Assembly (NCBI GenBank): GCA_017449495.1
Contig: JAFTFO010000017.1
Location: 4,805 to 68,804, forward strand
Direction: 5' to 3'
DNA length: 64,000 bases
From: Prevotella sp.
GTDB lineage: Bacteria; Bacteroidota; Bacteroidia; Bacteroidales; Bacteroidaceae
Part shown: in pieces, positions 47,508 to 57,515 of the stretch
How positions within the stretch are numbered: position 1 is the stretch's first letter
Layout: each line of letters opens with the position of its first letter
The notes under the pieces: model-generated
What the model saw: only the letters and a program-made list of their open reading frames with translations
Database searches by the model: none
What the model was told of the DNA's origin: nothing
Translations under genes and position numbers: made by a program

Positions 47508-48116
47508 ATGTATAAACATTTTCTGAAAAGATTCTTTGATTTCTGGATTGCTCTTTTCGTGTTGGTCTGTATCTCGCCGCTGCTGATCTTTGTCACCCTG
47601 TGGCTGCACGTCGCCAATAAAGGGGCCGGAGCTTTCTTCCTGCAAGATCGGCCGGGAAAGGATGGTAGGATATTCAAGATCATCAAATATAAGACTATGA
47701 CCGACGAGCGTGATGCAGAAGGACATCTGCTTCCTGATGAGCAGCGACTGACGCGGGTTGGGCGGTTCGTACGCTCTACATCTATCGATGAACTGCCTCA
47801 GTTACTGAACGTACTCAAAGGTGATATGGCTCTGATAGGTCCTCGCCCGCTGTTGGTCGAGTATATGCCCCTCTACTCCAAGGAGCAGGCTCGCCGTCAT
47901 GAGGTCCGTCCAGGCATCAGCGGGTGGGCACAGTGTCACGGACGTAATGCTATCTCCTGGACGGAGAAGTTCAAGCTTGACGTCTGGTATGTCGATCATG
48001 TATCGCTGAAGACCGATCTGCAGGTGGTCTGGCTGACCATCCAGAAGGTGTTACAGCGTGCAGATATCTCTGAGCAGGGTCATGCTACGATGGAGTTCTT
48101 TAATGGACATAACTGA
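47508..48116 (+). CDS. Initiating undecaprenyl-phosphate phosphoglycosyl transferase (PglC-like)
   Basis: KRFFD, single TM, KYKTM, RSTSIDELPQLLNVLKGDMALIGPRP, VRPGISGWAQ. Confidence 0.92.
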   Translation: MYKHFLKRFFDFWIALFVLVCISPLLIFVTLWLHVANKGAGAFFLQDRPGKDGRIFKIIKYKTMTDERDAEGHLLPDEQRLTRVGRFVRSTSIDELPQLLNVLKGDMALIGPRPLLVEYMPLYSKEQARRHEVRPGISGWAQCHGRNAISWTEKFKLDVWYVDHVSLKTDLQVVWLTIQKVLQRADISEQGHATMEFFNGHN

Positions 48117-48117
48117 A

Positions 48118-49086
48118 ATGAAGAACATACTGATTACTTCGGCGGGCAAGCGGGTGGTGCTGGTAAAGATATTCCAGCGTACTTTGCAGGAGAATGGACT
48201 CGACGCAAAGGTCTACACGACTGACATGCGTCCGGCGATGGCTCCTGCCGGCATCGTCTCAGACGGCTGTATACCTGTCCCCCGCTGCACGGCCGACAAC
48301 TATATAGACTGCCTCCTTGACATCTGCCGTGAGAAGCAGATAGGTGTTGTTATACCAACGATTGATACAGAGCTGCTCGTGCTGGCGGAAAATCATCAGC
48401 GTTTTATGGATCAGGGTGTACGTTTGGCAGTCTCTGATTTGGAGTTCGTAAAAATCTGTCGCGATAAGCGACTGACGAAGGAGTTCTTCTTGCAGGCTGG
48501 TATAGCCGTACCCGAGCCTGTTGATAAGTTCCATCCTATATTTCCGATGTTCGCCAAGCCTTACGACGGCTCCTTGAGTACGAACATCCATATCATCCGA
48601 CGTGCGGAGGATCTGTCACAGGATATCCTCAATGATCCGAAGCTGATTTTCATGGAGTATATCGATCCGAAGGAGTATAAGGAGTTTACGGTAGATCTGT
48701 ATTACGGCCTTGATGGTTGTGTGAAGGGCATCGTCCCCCGCGAGCGGATTGAGATCCGTGCCGGGGAGATCAATAAGGGCATCACTCGTAAGAACGGCAT
48801 CGTCAGTTTCCTTTACCAGCGGTTGGGAGTCCTCAAGGGAGTCCGAGGCTGTATATGCCTCCAGCTTTTCTACCGTGAGAGCGATGGGGACATTAAGGGC
48901 ATAGAAGTCAATCCTCGTTTCGGAGGAGGCTTCCCGCTGTCCTATTATGCCAAGGCCAACTATGCGGACAGCCTGATCCGTGAGTATCTGCTCGGGGGGA
49001 CGGTCGACTATTCTGATGCATGGCTTGACCGTACGCTGATGCTACGCTATGATAATGATGTCATCGTCTATGACGCAAAAGAGTAG
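48118..49086 (+). CDS. ATP-grasp domain protein
   Basis: Start ATG 48118. NILITSAGKR, IPTIDTEL, CRDK, FAKPYDGS, MEYI, EFTVD, IEVNPRFGGG. Confidence 0.85.
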   Translation: MKNILITSAGKRVVLVKIFQRTLQENGLDAKVYTTDMRPAMAPAGIVSDGCIPVPRCTADNYIDCLLDICREKQIGVVIPTIDTELLVLAENHQRFMDQGVRLAVSDLEFVKICRDKRLTKEFFLQAGIAVPEPVDKFHPIFPMFAKPYDGSLSTNIHIIRRAEDLSQDILNDPKLIFMEYIDPKEYKEFTVDLYYGLDGCVKGIVPRERIEIRAGEINKGITRKNGIVSFLYQRLGVLKGVRGCICLQLFYRESDGDIKGIEVNPRFGGGFPLSYYAKANYADSLIREYLLGGTVDYSDAWLDRTLMLRYDNDVIVYDAKE

Positions 49087-49735
49087 GGTGGTGGTCTTTG
49101 ACCTTGACGATACCCTGTATAAGGAGCAGGACTATCTCAAGTCTGCCTATCGTGAGATTGCTTTGTTGGTGGGGGCTGGCCCTGATGCTGCTGAGGAAGT
49201 CTATGAGCAGATGCTCCGCTGGTGGCAGAACGGCGATAATGTGTTCCGTCAGTTGATAGATGTCTACGGACTGGATATGACAGTCGACGAGTTGCTGACT
49301 ATCTATCGCTCCCATGTCCCGACCATCCGTCTTGACGAGCCAGTTAAGAATCTCCTTGGACGGCTGCATCAGTACGCTGTATTAGGAGTCATTACCGACG
49401 GGCGAAGTCTGTCTCAGCAGCGTAAGGTGGAAACCTTGGAATTGTTGGCCTACATGGACGAACAGGATATCTTAGTATCGGAAGAGACGGGCTACGAGAA
49501 GCCCTCAGAGGAGCCCTATCGGCATTTCATGACATGCTATCCCTCGCGTACCTATTATTATATAGGGGATAATCCGTCGAAGGACTTTGAGGCACCTAAC
49601 CGATTGGGCTGGACAACGGTCTGTCTGCTTAACGATGGCCGTCATATCCACCGTCAGGACTTCAGTCTGCCACAGCAGATGTTACCGAAGTACAAGGTAT
49701 CACAACTTGTTGAAATAGAAAATATTATTATATAA
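49070..49735 (+). CDS. HAD-superfamily hydrolase
   Basis: FDLDDTLY (motif I), ITDG (II), KP (III), YIGDNPSKD (IV). Confidence 0.88.
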   Translation: MTQKSRVVVFDLDDTLYKEQDYLKSAYREIALLVGAGPDAAEEVYEQMLRWWQNGDNVFRQLIDVYGLDMTVDELLTIYRSHVPTIRLDEPVKNLLGRLHQYAVLGVITDGRSLSQQRKVETLELLAYMDEQDILVSEETGYEKPSEEPYRHFMTCYPSRTYYYIGDNPSKDFEAPNRLGWTTVCLLNDGRHIHRQDFSLPQQMLPKYKVSQLVEIENIII

Positions 49736-51003
49736 TGGCAAATAGAATCTATTTGTGCCTGGCTCACATGAGTGAGGCAGGTTGGGAACAAAAGTATATT
49801 CAAGAGGCGTTCGACACGAACTGGGTCGTTCCCCTCGGGCCTAATGTGAATGGCTTTGAGGAAGACTTGAAACAGTATGTCGGGCGACTGACGGATGGTA
49901 CGATGGCAACGTCAAAGGAGATCGTCGCCCTTTCATCAGGGACGGCAGCCGTCCATCTCGGGCTGTTAGCTTGTGGCGTGGGGCCGGGTGACGAGGTGTT
50001 GGTGCAGAGTTTTACGTTCTGTGCATCCACCCATCCGATTAAGTATCTGGGTGCTACACCCGTCATGATTGATTCTGAGGCGGAGACTTGGAATATGGAT
50101 CCCCAGTTACTCGAACAGGCCATCAAGGATCGTATTGCCGTCACGGGACGAAAGCCGAAGGCCATCCTGCCCGTCTACCTCTATGGTATGCCGGCTAAGA
50201 TAGATGAGATACTGGCCATAGCCGACCGTTATGACATCCCTGTACTGGAGGATGCGGCAGAGGGATTCGGCTCCAGATATAAAGGGCGAGTCGTCGGTAC
50301 CTTCGGACGTTACGGTATCTTGTCGTTTAATGGCAACAAGATCATCACCACTTCCGGTGGTGGAGCGCTGATATGTCCTGATGCAGAGGCTCGTGACCGT
50401 ATCATGTGGTATGCCACTCAGGCTCGTGAAGCCTACCCCTACTACCATCACGAGGCCGTGGGCTATAACTATCGCCTGAGTAATATCTGTGCTGGTATTG
50501 GTCGTGGACAGATGTGTGTGCTCGATGAGCATATTGCCCATCACCGTAAGATTGCTGCTAAGTATCGTGAAGCCTTTGCTGCTGTTAAAGGTATCACGTT
50601 CCACGACGAGCCGCAGGAGATGGAGTCGAACTTCTGGCTTAGCACCATCCTCCTTGACGAGGACCTGCATGTGAAGGGTGAGGAGCATGTCTATGAACAG
50701 CCGGTCAGGGGTGCCATCGGTGGTGCTGCTGGTCAGGTACATAGTGGAGGCCCCATTCATACAGACTGTGAGCCGAACCGCAATGTGGAGGCTCTGCGTG
50801 TGGCCCTCGATAAGGCTGGCATCGAGTCCCGGCCGCTGTGGAAGCCCATGCACCGCCAGCCTGTCTATCATGATGCGCCGGCCTATGTCAATGGTGTCAG
50901 CGAGGGCCTGTTCCATAGAGGACTCTGCCTGCCGTCGGGTCCTATGGTGTCCGATGCAGACGTTGAACGTATCATTGAAACTATCATATCTTCCATCTGC
51001 TAA
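49735..51003 (+). CDS. DegT/DnrJ/EryC1/StrS PLP aminotransferase (PglE/EpsN-like)
   Basis: SSGTAAVHL, EDAAEGFG, SFNGNKIITTSGGG (PLP lysine), GYNYRLSN, RPLWKPMH, GLCLPSG. Confidence 0.92.
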   Translation: MANRIYLCLAHMSEAGWEQKYIQEAFDTNWVVPLGPNVNGFEEDLKQYVGRLTDGTMATSKEIVALSSGTAAVHLGLLACGVGPGDEVLVQSFTFCASTHPIKYLGATPVMIDSEAETWNMDPQLLEQAIKDRIAVTGRKPKAILPVYLYGMPAKIDEILAIADRYDIPVLEDAAEGFGSRYKGRVVGTFGRYGILSFNGNKIITTSGGGALICPDAEARDRIMWYATQAREAYPYYHHEAVGYNYRLSNICAGIGRGQMCVLDEHIAHHRKIAAKYREAFAAVKGITFHDEPQEMESNFWLSTILLDEDLHVKGEEHVYEQPVRGAIGGAAGQVHSGGPIHTDCEPNRNVEALRVALDKAGIESRPLWKPMHRQPVYHDAPAYVNGVSEGLFHRGLCLPSGPMVSDADVERIIETIISSIC

Positions 51004-51024
51004 TTATAATACAAGTTATCATAT

Positions 51025-53034
51025 ATGAATTTCTTCCGTAAATTGGCAAACTGGTATTTCCGCCGTAATTCATTGCCTTATTGGAGCATCTTCGTACTCG
51101 ACATGCTGATTCTGTTGGCATCGGGTGTCATCAGCTATTGGATCTTCAGTGACTGGACGAAGTTAACCACACGCATGCCGACCCTGTTGGCTTCGCTGCT
51201 TATCTATGTGGCGCTAAGTGTCATCGGCATCCGTTATTTCCATACGTATGCCGGCATCGTGCGCTATTCGTCATTTGTCGATCTGATGCGCGTTGCTTAT
51301 GCCAATGTCTTGTCGCTGCTGCTTGCTTTGTGCCTCCATTATCTGATGTTCTCAGCGCCCAGCCAGTATTTTGAGCCATTGTCCGGCAGGCAGATCGTAC
51401 TGATGTTCGTCATAGCTACATTGGCCATGTGGGCCATGCGTGTGCTGGTGAAGACCGTCTACGACGTGTCAACGGCCGATAATAGTGCCCTGCGAGTGCT
51501 GGTCTATGGCGCACAGAGTGGTGGCGTCGGACTGGCAGAGAGCATCCGTACGCAGACGCCCCGGCGCTTCATCCTGAAGGGCTTCATCTCCCACAACCGC
51601 CGTCTGCGCCATAATGAACTCATGGGCGAGAAGGTGTTTACGATGGAGGACGATCTGCGGAAGGTGGTCGACGACTATCATATCGGAGCCGTGCTCGTGT
51701 CGCCTTATCGTACGAATGACTTCCGAAAGAACCAGGACCTGCAGGACTTGCTGATTGGCATGGGCGTGAAGATCTTCATGGCGCAGAACGCCATCGAGGT
51801 TGAGAAGATAGGCGAGGATGATGAAAATTCCGAGTTCGGAGAGATACAACTCAAGGAGGTATCGGTCGAGGACCTGTTGCCGCGTGCAGAGATCAAGGTC
51901 GACATGAAGTCTGTGGGCGAGTTGCTCAGTGGCCGTCGCGTGCTGATCACGGGCTCGGCAGGCTCCATCGGTTCCGAGATGGTCAGGCAGATTGCCTCTT
52001 GTAAGCCAGCCTCGTTGATGCTGATAGACCAGGCAGAGACACCCCAGCATGACATCCGCCTGATGATGGCCAAGGAGTATCCCAATATCGATGTGCATGT
52101 AGTGGTCACTACCGTATGCAGCCAGTCGCGTATGGATGCCATCTTCAACCAGTTCAGGCCCGAGTATGTGTTCCATGCCGCTGCCTATAAGCACGTGCCG
52201 ATGATGGAGGATAATCCCTCGGAGGCTATTATGAATAATGTTTACGGAACGAAGGTCGTGGCAGACCTCTCCGTGAAGTATGGCGTTCGTAAGTTCGTGA
52301 TGGTCTCTACGGATAAGGCCGTCAACCCTACCAACGTCATGGGATGCTCGAAACGCATCTGCGAGATCTATGTCCAGACACTCGACCGTGCCATCAAGAC
52401 CACACAGTATGGTGGCTCAGGACTCCAACTCTCGGCCGACTTCAAGCCCGTCACACAGTTTGTGACCACCCGCTTCGGAAACGTGCTGGGCTCCAACGGA
52501 TCCGTTATTCCGCTCTTCCGCGAACAGATCCGCAACGGAGGTCCTGTCACGGTGACCCATCCTGATATCATCCGCTACTTCATGCTCATCCCCGAGGCCT
52601 GTAAGTTGGTGCTCGAGGCAGGCACGAAGGGCAACGGCGGAGAAATCTTCGTATTCGATATGGGTCGCCCTGTGAAGATCGCAGACCTGGCCAAACGCAT
52701 GATCAGTCTCTCGGGCGCAAAGAATGTGAAAATAGAGTACACTGGCTTGCGAGAGGGTGAGAAGTTGTTTGAGGAGGTGCTGAACGACAAGGAGACCACG
52801 AAGCCCACCTTCCACAAGAAGATCCGCATCGCCGAGGTGAGACCGTATGACTATGATCAGGTCTGCCAGCAGATTGATGAATTGATAACCGTTTCCAAGA
52901 AATACAATGATATGGAGACCGTCCGCATGATGAAGAAGATCGTGCCGGAATACAAGTCGAACAACTCCGTCTATGAGGAACTCGATATTCCGAACAAGGC
53001 GGTAACGACTAAAAAGACAGCAGAAATGTCGTGA
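51025..53034 (+). CDS. Membrane-anchored UDP-GlcNAc 4,6-dehydratase (PglF/CapD/WbpM-like)
   Basis: 669 aa. Four N-terminal TMs, EDLLPR, GSAGSIGSE, FHAAAYKHVP, STDKAVNPTNVMG, RFGNVLGSNGSV, GEKLFEE. Confidence 0.92.
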   Translation: MNFFRKLANWYFRRNSLPYWSIFVLDMLILLASGVISYWIFSDWTKLTTRMPTLLASLLIYVALSVIGIRYFHTYAGIVRYSSFVDLMRVAYANVLSLLLALCLHYLMFSAPSQYFEPLSGRQIVLMFVIATLAMWAMRVLVKTVYDVSTADNSALRVLVYGAQSGGVGLAESIRTQTPRRFILKGFISHNRRLRHNELMGEKVFTMEDDLRKVVDDYHIGAVLVSPYRTNDFRKNQDLQDLLIGMGVKIFMAQNAIEVEKIGEDDENSEFGEIQLKEVSVEDLLPRAEIKVDMKSVGELLSGRRVLITGSAGSIGSEMVRQIASCKPASLMLIDQAETPQHDIRLMMAKEYPNIDVHVVVTTVCSQSRMDAIFNQFRPEYVFHAAAYKHVPMMEDNPSEAIMNNVYGTKVVADLSVKYGVRKFVMVSTDKAVNPTNVMGCSKRICEIYVQTLDRAIKTTQYGGSGLQLSADFKPVTQFVTTRFGNVLGSNGSVIPLFREQIRNGGPVTVTHPDIIRYFMLIPEACKLVLEAGTKGNGGEIFVFDMGRPVKIADLAKRMISLSGAKNVKIEYTGLREGEKLFEEVLNDKETTKPTFHKKIRIAEVRPYDYDQVCQQIDELITVSKKYNDMETVRMMKKIVPEYKSNNSVYEELDIPNKAVTTKKTAEMS

Positions 53035-53065
53035 GATATTTATATAGGAATCGTTTTAATGGTAG

Positions 53066-53099
53066 TCCCCCGTCAGTTATCGCTGGCGGGGGATTCTTG
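53066..53099 (+). terminator. Terminator of the polysaccharide locus
   Basis: TCCCCCGTCAG and CTGGCGGGGGA form a stem (one G-U pair) followed by TTCTTGT. Confidence 0.65.
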
Positions 53100-53136
53100 T
53101 ATCGATATCCAGCAACGGCATGACCCCCCATCGGCG

Positions 53137-53231
53137 CAACAGCAAAACAACTTGTTTTGGTGTCGTGGAGATGCCTTCCACGGTTGTTACTAATGCCTTG
53201 TAACGGACCAAAACAAGTTGTTTTGCTGTTG
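53137..53231. repeat. 95-bp element with perfect 25-bp terminal inverted repeats and four hairpins at 22-bp period
   Basis: CAACAGCAAAACAACTTGTTTTGGT (53137-53161) is the exact reverse complement of 53207-53231. Hairpin centres at 53151, 53173, 53195 and 53217. Confidence 0.85.
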
Positions 53232-53266
53232 AAGGAGGCGGGAGTCACCTTCCTGTCGGGCGGCGG

Positions 53267-55216
53267 TCACTGTATGATGAGGCCTCCGTTAGGCTGAATG
53301 GTGACCTTGGCACGACCCTTCTTGTCTACTTTCAGCGTGGTGAGCGTAGGCTCGCCGAGCTTGGAGTCGACATAGTATTGGAGCGTCTGGCCCGGGGCGA
53401 ACATCGGCAGCGAGAGGGTGAGCGTCAGTGGCTCCTTCATGGCGGAGAGGCCGGCGACGTACCACGTGCCGTTGGTTGCCTTGCGGGCGAGGACGACATA
53501 GCGGCCGGGATAGCCGTCGATGAAGCGCGTCTCTTCCCATGCGGTAGGCAGCTGACGGAGGAAGTCCATCTCGAACTGAGGCAGTTCTGTCAAATTGTTC
53601 GGCTGCATGGCCACGCACTGCACGGATGTCTGCATGATGATACCGGCGGCCATCTCGAAGATGTCGGTCGTGTGTCGTGGGTGACGGCTTTTGTTGTCGG
53701 GGGCGAGGTGCTTGTTCATGATGATGCCTCCCCAGTCCATCGAGGCCGTGGCGTTGCGACAGAAGGGATGGAGCGTCAGGTCGAAGGGCTCACGGATGGC
53801 GGCTCCCTCGTTGAAGAACACGTTCTCCGAGGCCAGCACAGCCTCTGAAGCCACGAAGTTCGGATACATCCGCTCCCAGCCGCGGGGCACGGTGCAGCCG
53901 TGGAAGACGACCTGCAGGCCGTAGCGGTTGGCATCGCTCAGTATGTCCTCATACAGTCGCATCGTCTCCTGCTTGTCGCCGCCGAAGAAGTCTACTTTGA
54001 TGCCCTTGATGCCTATCGACTGCATCCAGCGCATCTCACGCTCCCGGGAGATGGCTGTTGCCATACAGTCGCGAGGGCCCTGAGGGGCGTCGTTCCAGAA
54101 GCCGTTGCTGTTGTACCATAGCAGCAAGTGTACACCCTTTGACTGGGCATACTTTGATAGCTCCTCGATACGGTCGCGGCCGATCTGCGTGTCCCACCAG
54201 TTGTCTACGAGGCAGTACTCGAATCCCATGGCCGAGGCGAGGTCGATGAACTTCACTTGGTCGTCGTAGTTGATGGAGTGGTCCTGCCAGATGAGCCAGC
54301 TCCAGGTGTAACGGCCGGGCTGGTAGTTGGTGGAGGGCTCGTAGCGTGGTTCTACGAGGTCGTAGCTGATGGTGGTCTCGGCGATGGGCTTGAGTGTTGT
54401 TGCGAGGGTGACGGTGCGCCAAGGGGTCTCACCGGGCAGGGGGATGGCGGCGAAGTCGGTGCCGTAGCCATTGTTCTCGCCTGCATCGGGGTAGGCGACG
54501 GTGTAGCCATTGCCGGCCTGATAGTCGGAGAGATGGCTGCCGCAGTAGTTCGAACCCACCCCCGTCTCGCTGACGAGGGTCCAGCCTTGCGGCAGATGGA
54601 AGAGGGCGGGGAAGATGTAGCCGTGGCCGTACTGCGAGGGTGTGTCCATCGCTGCGTCGGCACTGTAGCCCTCCTCATAGCTGGGCTTCGTCTGTTCCCA
54701 ACCTGTCTCGGGGCCTATCTGGGGCGAGATGAACGTCGTGGTACCGTCGGGAAAGTTGAAACTGCTGAGCTCACTCTTGATGCGCAACCGCTTGAGGTCC
54801 TTGCCCTGCCACTTCTGACGGGGCACGGCATAGCGGAAGGCGAGGTCTTCGTCGGACACCTGGAAGATGATGCTGAAGCGCTGTTGGTCTTTGTTCTCGA
54901 TGTCGAGCACGGCCTTCGTGGCCTGGTAGTCGCCCTTCGAAGCCTTGGTGCCGCGCATGGTGTAAGTGTTGCTGACCGCCGACAACTGGGAATCGACAAT
55001 GGACAGTTCCTTCGTCATGTCGCCGATGCTGGTCTTCAGGCCCAAGGCAGAGGGGAGTATCATTGGCTGGCCGTTGAGACTGGCCGTATAGTAGAGCCGA
55101 CCGCCGGCATCGCTGACCGTCACCTGCAGGCTGCCCGCTGGTGATGAAATGATAACGTCACCAGCCCAAGCGAGGACTGATGACGTCATAAGTATTGAAA
55201 TAAACAGTTTTCTCAT
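53267..55216 (-). CDS. Glycoside hydrolase family 97
   Basis: 649 aa. Signal peptide, ISSPAG N-terminal domain, TPWRT, FIDLASAMGFEYCLVDNWW, GIKGIKVDFF, FHGCTVPRGWERMYPN, WEETRFIDGYPG. Confidence 0.9.
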   Translation of the reverse strand: MRKLFISILMTSSVLAWAGDVIISSPAGSLQVTVSDAGGRLYYTASLNGQPMILPSALGLKTSIGDMTKELSIVDSQLSAVSNTYTMRGTKASKGDYQATKAVLDIENKDQQRFSIIFQVSDEDLAFRYAVPRQKWQGKDLKRLRIKSELSSFNFPDGTTTFISPQIGPETGWEQTKPSYEEGYSADAAMDTPSQYGHGYIFPALFHLPQGWTLVSETGVGSNYCGSHLSDYQAGNGYTVAYPDAGENNGYGTDFAAIPLPGETPWRTVTLATTLKPIAETTISYDLVEPRYEPSTNYQPGRYTWSWLIWQDHSINYDDQVKFIDLASAMGFEYCLVDNWWDTQIGRDRIEELSKYAQSKGVHLLLWYNSNGFWNDAPQGPRDCMATAISREREMRWMQSIGIKGIKVDFFGGDKQETMRLYEDILSDANRYGLQVVFHGCTVPRGWERMYPNFVASEAVLASENVFFNEGAAIREPFDLTLHPFCRNATASMDWGGIIMNKHLAPDNKSRHPRHTTDIFEMAAGIIMQTSVQCVAMQPNNLTELPQFEMDFLRQLPTAWEETRFIDGYPGRYVVLARKATNGTWYVAGLSAMKEPLTLTLSLPMFAPGQTLQYYVDSKLGEPTLTTLKVDKKGRAKVTIQPNGGLIIQ

Positions 55217-55230
55217 CTTACTGCTGGGGC

Positions 55231-56025
55231 TTAAAGCAGGTTGTCCTGCTCGATGTCCTTGAAATATTTATAGGTGCTGACCTTCAGTTCGTCGGCAGCC
55301 TCTTCGTCGCAGACGATGATGCCGTGGGCATGCATCTGCAGGGCGCTGATGGTCCACATGTGGTTAATGCTTCCCTCGATGGCAGCCTGGAGGGCACGGG
55401 CCTTCAGGTGACCATTGGCCAGGATCATCACCTCGCGGGCGTCCATCACGGTGCCGACACCTACTGTCAGGGCATGGGCAGGCACGTTCTCGGGCTTGCC
55501 TCCGAAGAAACGACTGTTGGCAATACGGGTGTCGGTGGTCAGGGTCTTCATACGAGTACGGCTGCGCAGAGAGCTGCCTGGCTCGTTGAAGGCGATGTGA
55601 CCGTCGGGGCCGATGCCTCCGATGAACAGGTCGATACCGCCGGCTTCCTCGATCATGGCCTCATAGTGGGCGCACTCTTCGTTCAGGTCAGGGGCGTTAC
55701 CATTCAGGATATGGATGTTCTCCTTAGGGCAGTCGATGTGGTCGAAAAGGTTACGGGCCATGAAGGCATGATAGCTCTCGGGATGGGTCTCGGGCAGACC
55801 TACGTATTCGTCCATGTTAAAGGTGATGACATTCTTGAACGAAACCTTGCCGGCACGGCAGGCCTCGACGAGGGCATTGTACATACCGACGGGTGAAGAA
55901 CCTGTGGGAAGACCCAGCACGAACTTGTGATCGGGCGTCGGATTGAACTTGTTGATGCGTTCAATGACGTGGTTGGCTGCCCACTGGGACAGTTTCTGAT
56001 AGTCTGATTGAATAATAACTCTCAT
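55231..56025 (-). CDS. nagB: Glucosamine-6-phosphate deaminase
   Basis: [45 protein letters not shown]. Confidence 0.95.
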   Translation of the reverse strand: MRVIIQSDYQKLSQWAANHVIERINKFNPTPDHKFVLGLPTGSSPVGMYNALVEACRAGKVSFKNVITFNMDEYVGLPETHPESYHAFMARNLFDHIDCPKENIHILNGNAPDLNEECAHYEAMIEEAGGIDLFIGGIGPDGHIAFNEPGSSLRSRTRMKTLTTDTRIANSRFFGGKPENVPAHALTVGVGTVMDAREVMILANGHLKARALQAAIEGSINHMWTISALQMHAHGIIVCDEEAADELKVSTYKYFKDIEQDNLL

Positions 56026-56059
56026 AATCTTTATGTTTTATTGGTTCGTAATCTGGGTG

Positions 56060-56160
56060 CAAAAATACAAATTTTCCCCAAAAAAGAGTGAGAATACTGC
56101 TGTTTTTTTTATTAATGTGTGTTAATCCGTCTGTTCTTTATTAGAAAAGCCTTATCTTTG
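56060..56160. promoter_or_regulatory. Divergent -7 boxes for nagB and hflX
   Basis: TATTTTTG on the minus strand (56067-56060) and TATCTTTG on the plus strand (56153-56160). Confidence 0.5.
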
Positions 56161-56183
56161 TACGCAAAAACAAAAAGCAAGGA

Positions 56184-57515
56184 TTGAAAGAATTTGTTAT
56201 ATCGAAGGCCAAGGCAGAGACGGCTGTGCTGGTGGGACTTGTCACTAAACAGCAGGATGAGGCCAAGACCAAGGAATATCTCGACGAGCTGGAGTTCTTA
56301 GCCGACACGGCCGGAGCCGTGACGGTAAAGCGGTTTACCCAGAAGGTGGGCGGGCCGAGCCAGACAACCTATGTTGGCAGTGGTAAACTTCAGGAAATCA
56401 AACAATATATCAAACAATGTCAGGATGCCTATGATGACTGGCTCGACGCCCAGGATGCCTCACTCTTCGCAGAGGGACTGCTCGACGAGACAAACGCCCC
56501 GCAGCCTGTGGGAATGGTCATCTTCGACGATGAGCTCTCTGCCAAGCAGATACGGAATATAGAGCAAGAGCTACAGGTGAAGATTCTCGACCGTACCTCC
56601 CTGATATTAGATATCTTCGCCATGCGGGCACAGACGGCTGAGGCAAAGGCTCAGGTAGAGCTGGCACAACACCGTTATATGCTGCCCCGCCTGCAGCGCC
56701 TCTGGACTCACCTTGAGCGTCAGGGTGGCGGTTCTGGCTCTGGTGGTGGAAAAGGTAGCGTGGGACTTCGTGGTCCTGGTGAGACGCAGTTGGAGATGGA
56801 CCGCCGTATCATCCTCCAGCGCATCACCCTCCTGAAGCAGCGCTTAGCGGAGATAGACAAGCAGAAGACCACACAGCGCAAGAACCGTGGCAGGCTGATT
56901 CGCGTAGCACTCGTAGGCTATACCAATGTGGGCAAGTCGACGATGATGAATCTGCTGGCCAAGAGTGAGGTGTTCGCCGAGAACAAACTCTTTGCCACCC
57001 TTGACACCACCGTCCGGAAGATGACCATCGACAACCTGCCTTTCCTCTTGGCCGATACTGTGGGATTCATCCGTAAGCTCCCCTCAGACCTCGTGGAGTC
57101 GTTTAAGTCGACGCTCGACGAGGTGCGCGAGGCAGACCTGCTGGTGCATGTGGTAGACATCTCCCATCCGGACTTTGAGGAGCAGATCCGTGTGGTAGAG
57201 GAGACGCTGATGGAACTGGGCTGTGCGGAGAAACCGCAAATGCTTGTCTTTAACAAGATCGACGCCTATACATGGGTGGAGAAGGAGGAAGACGACCTGA
57301 CACCAACTACGAAGGAGAACATCACCCTGGAGGAGCTGGAGCGGACGTGGATGGCCCGTACCGGTGAGAATCAGCACTACATGGAGTGTATCTTCATCTC
57401 CGCCAGACAGAAACAGAACATCGACGAACTGCGCGAGGTGCTCTATAAACGAGTTCGCGAACTGCACGTACAGAAATATCCATATAACGATTTTTTATAT
57501 AAAGACTATGACTGA
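56184..57515 (+). CDS. hflX: Ribosome-splitting GTPase HflX
   Basis: TTG start. DRTSLILDIFAMRA, RGPGETQLEMDRR, GYTNVGKST, LFATLD, DTVGF, NKID. Confidence 0.95.
   Translation: MKEFVISKAKAETAVLVGLVTKQQDEAKTKEYLDELEFLADTAGAVTVKRFTQKVGGPSQTTYVGSGKLQEIKQYIKQCQDAYDDWLDAQDASLFAEGLLDETNAPQPVGMVIFDDELSAKQIRNIEQELQVKILDRTSLILDIFAMRAQTAEAKAQVELAQHRYMLPRLQRLWTHLERQGGGSGSGGGKGSVGLRGPGETQLEMDRRIILQRITLLKQRLAEIDKQKTTQRKNRGRLIRVALVGYTNVGKSTMMNLLAKSEVFAENKLFATLDTTVRKMTIDNLPFLLADTVGFIRKLPSDLVESFKSTLDEVREADLLVHVVDISHPDFEEQIRVVEETLMELGCAEKPQMLVFNKIDAYTWVEKEEDDLTPTTKENITLEELERTWMARTGENQHYMECIFISARQKQNIDELREVLYKRVRELHVQKYPYNDFLYKDYD

Noticed and set aside
28805-55216. GH67 and GH97 as part of a polysaccharide utilisation locus
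   Set aside because: No susC/susD pair or dedicated regulator is adjacent. They are isolated genes flanking the biosynthesis locus.
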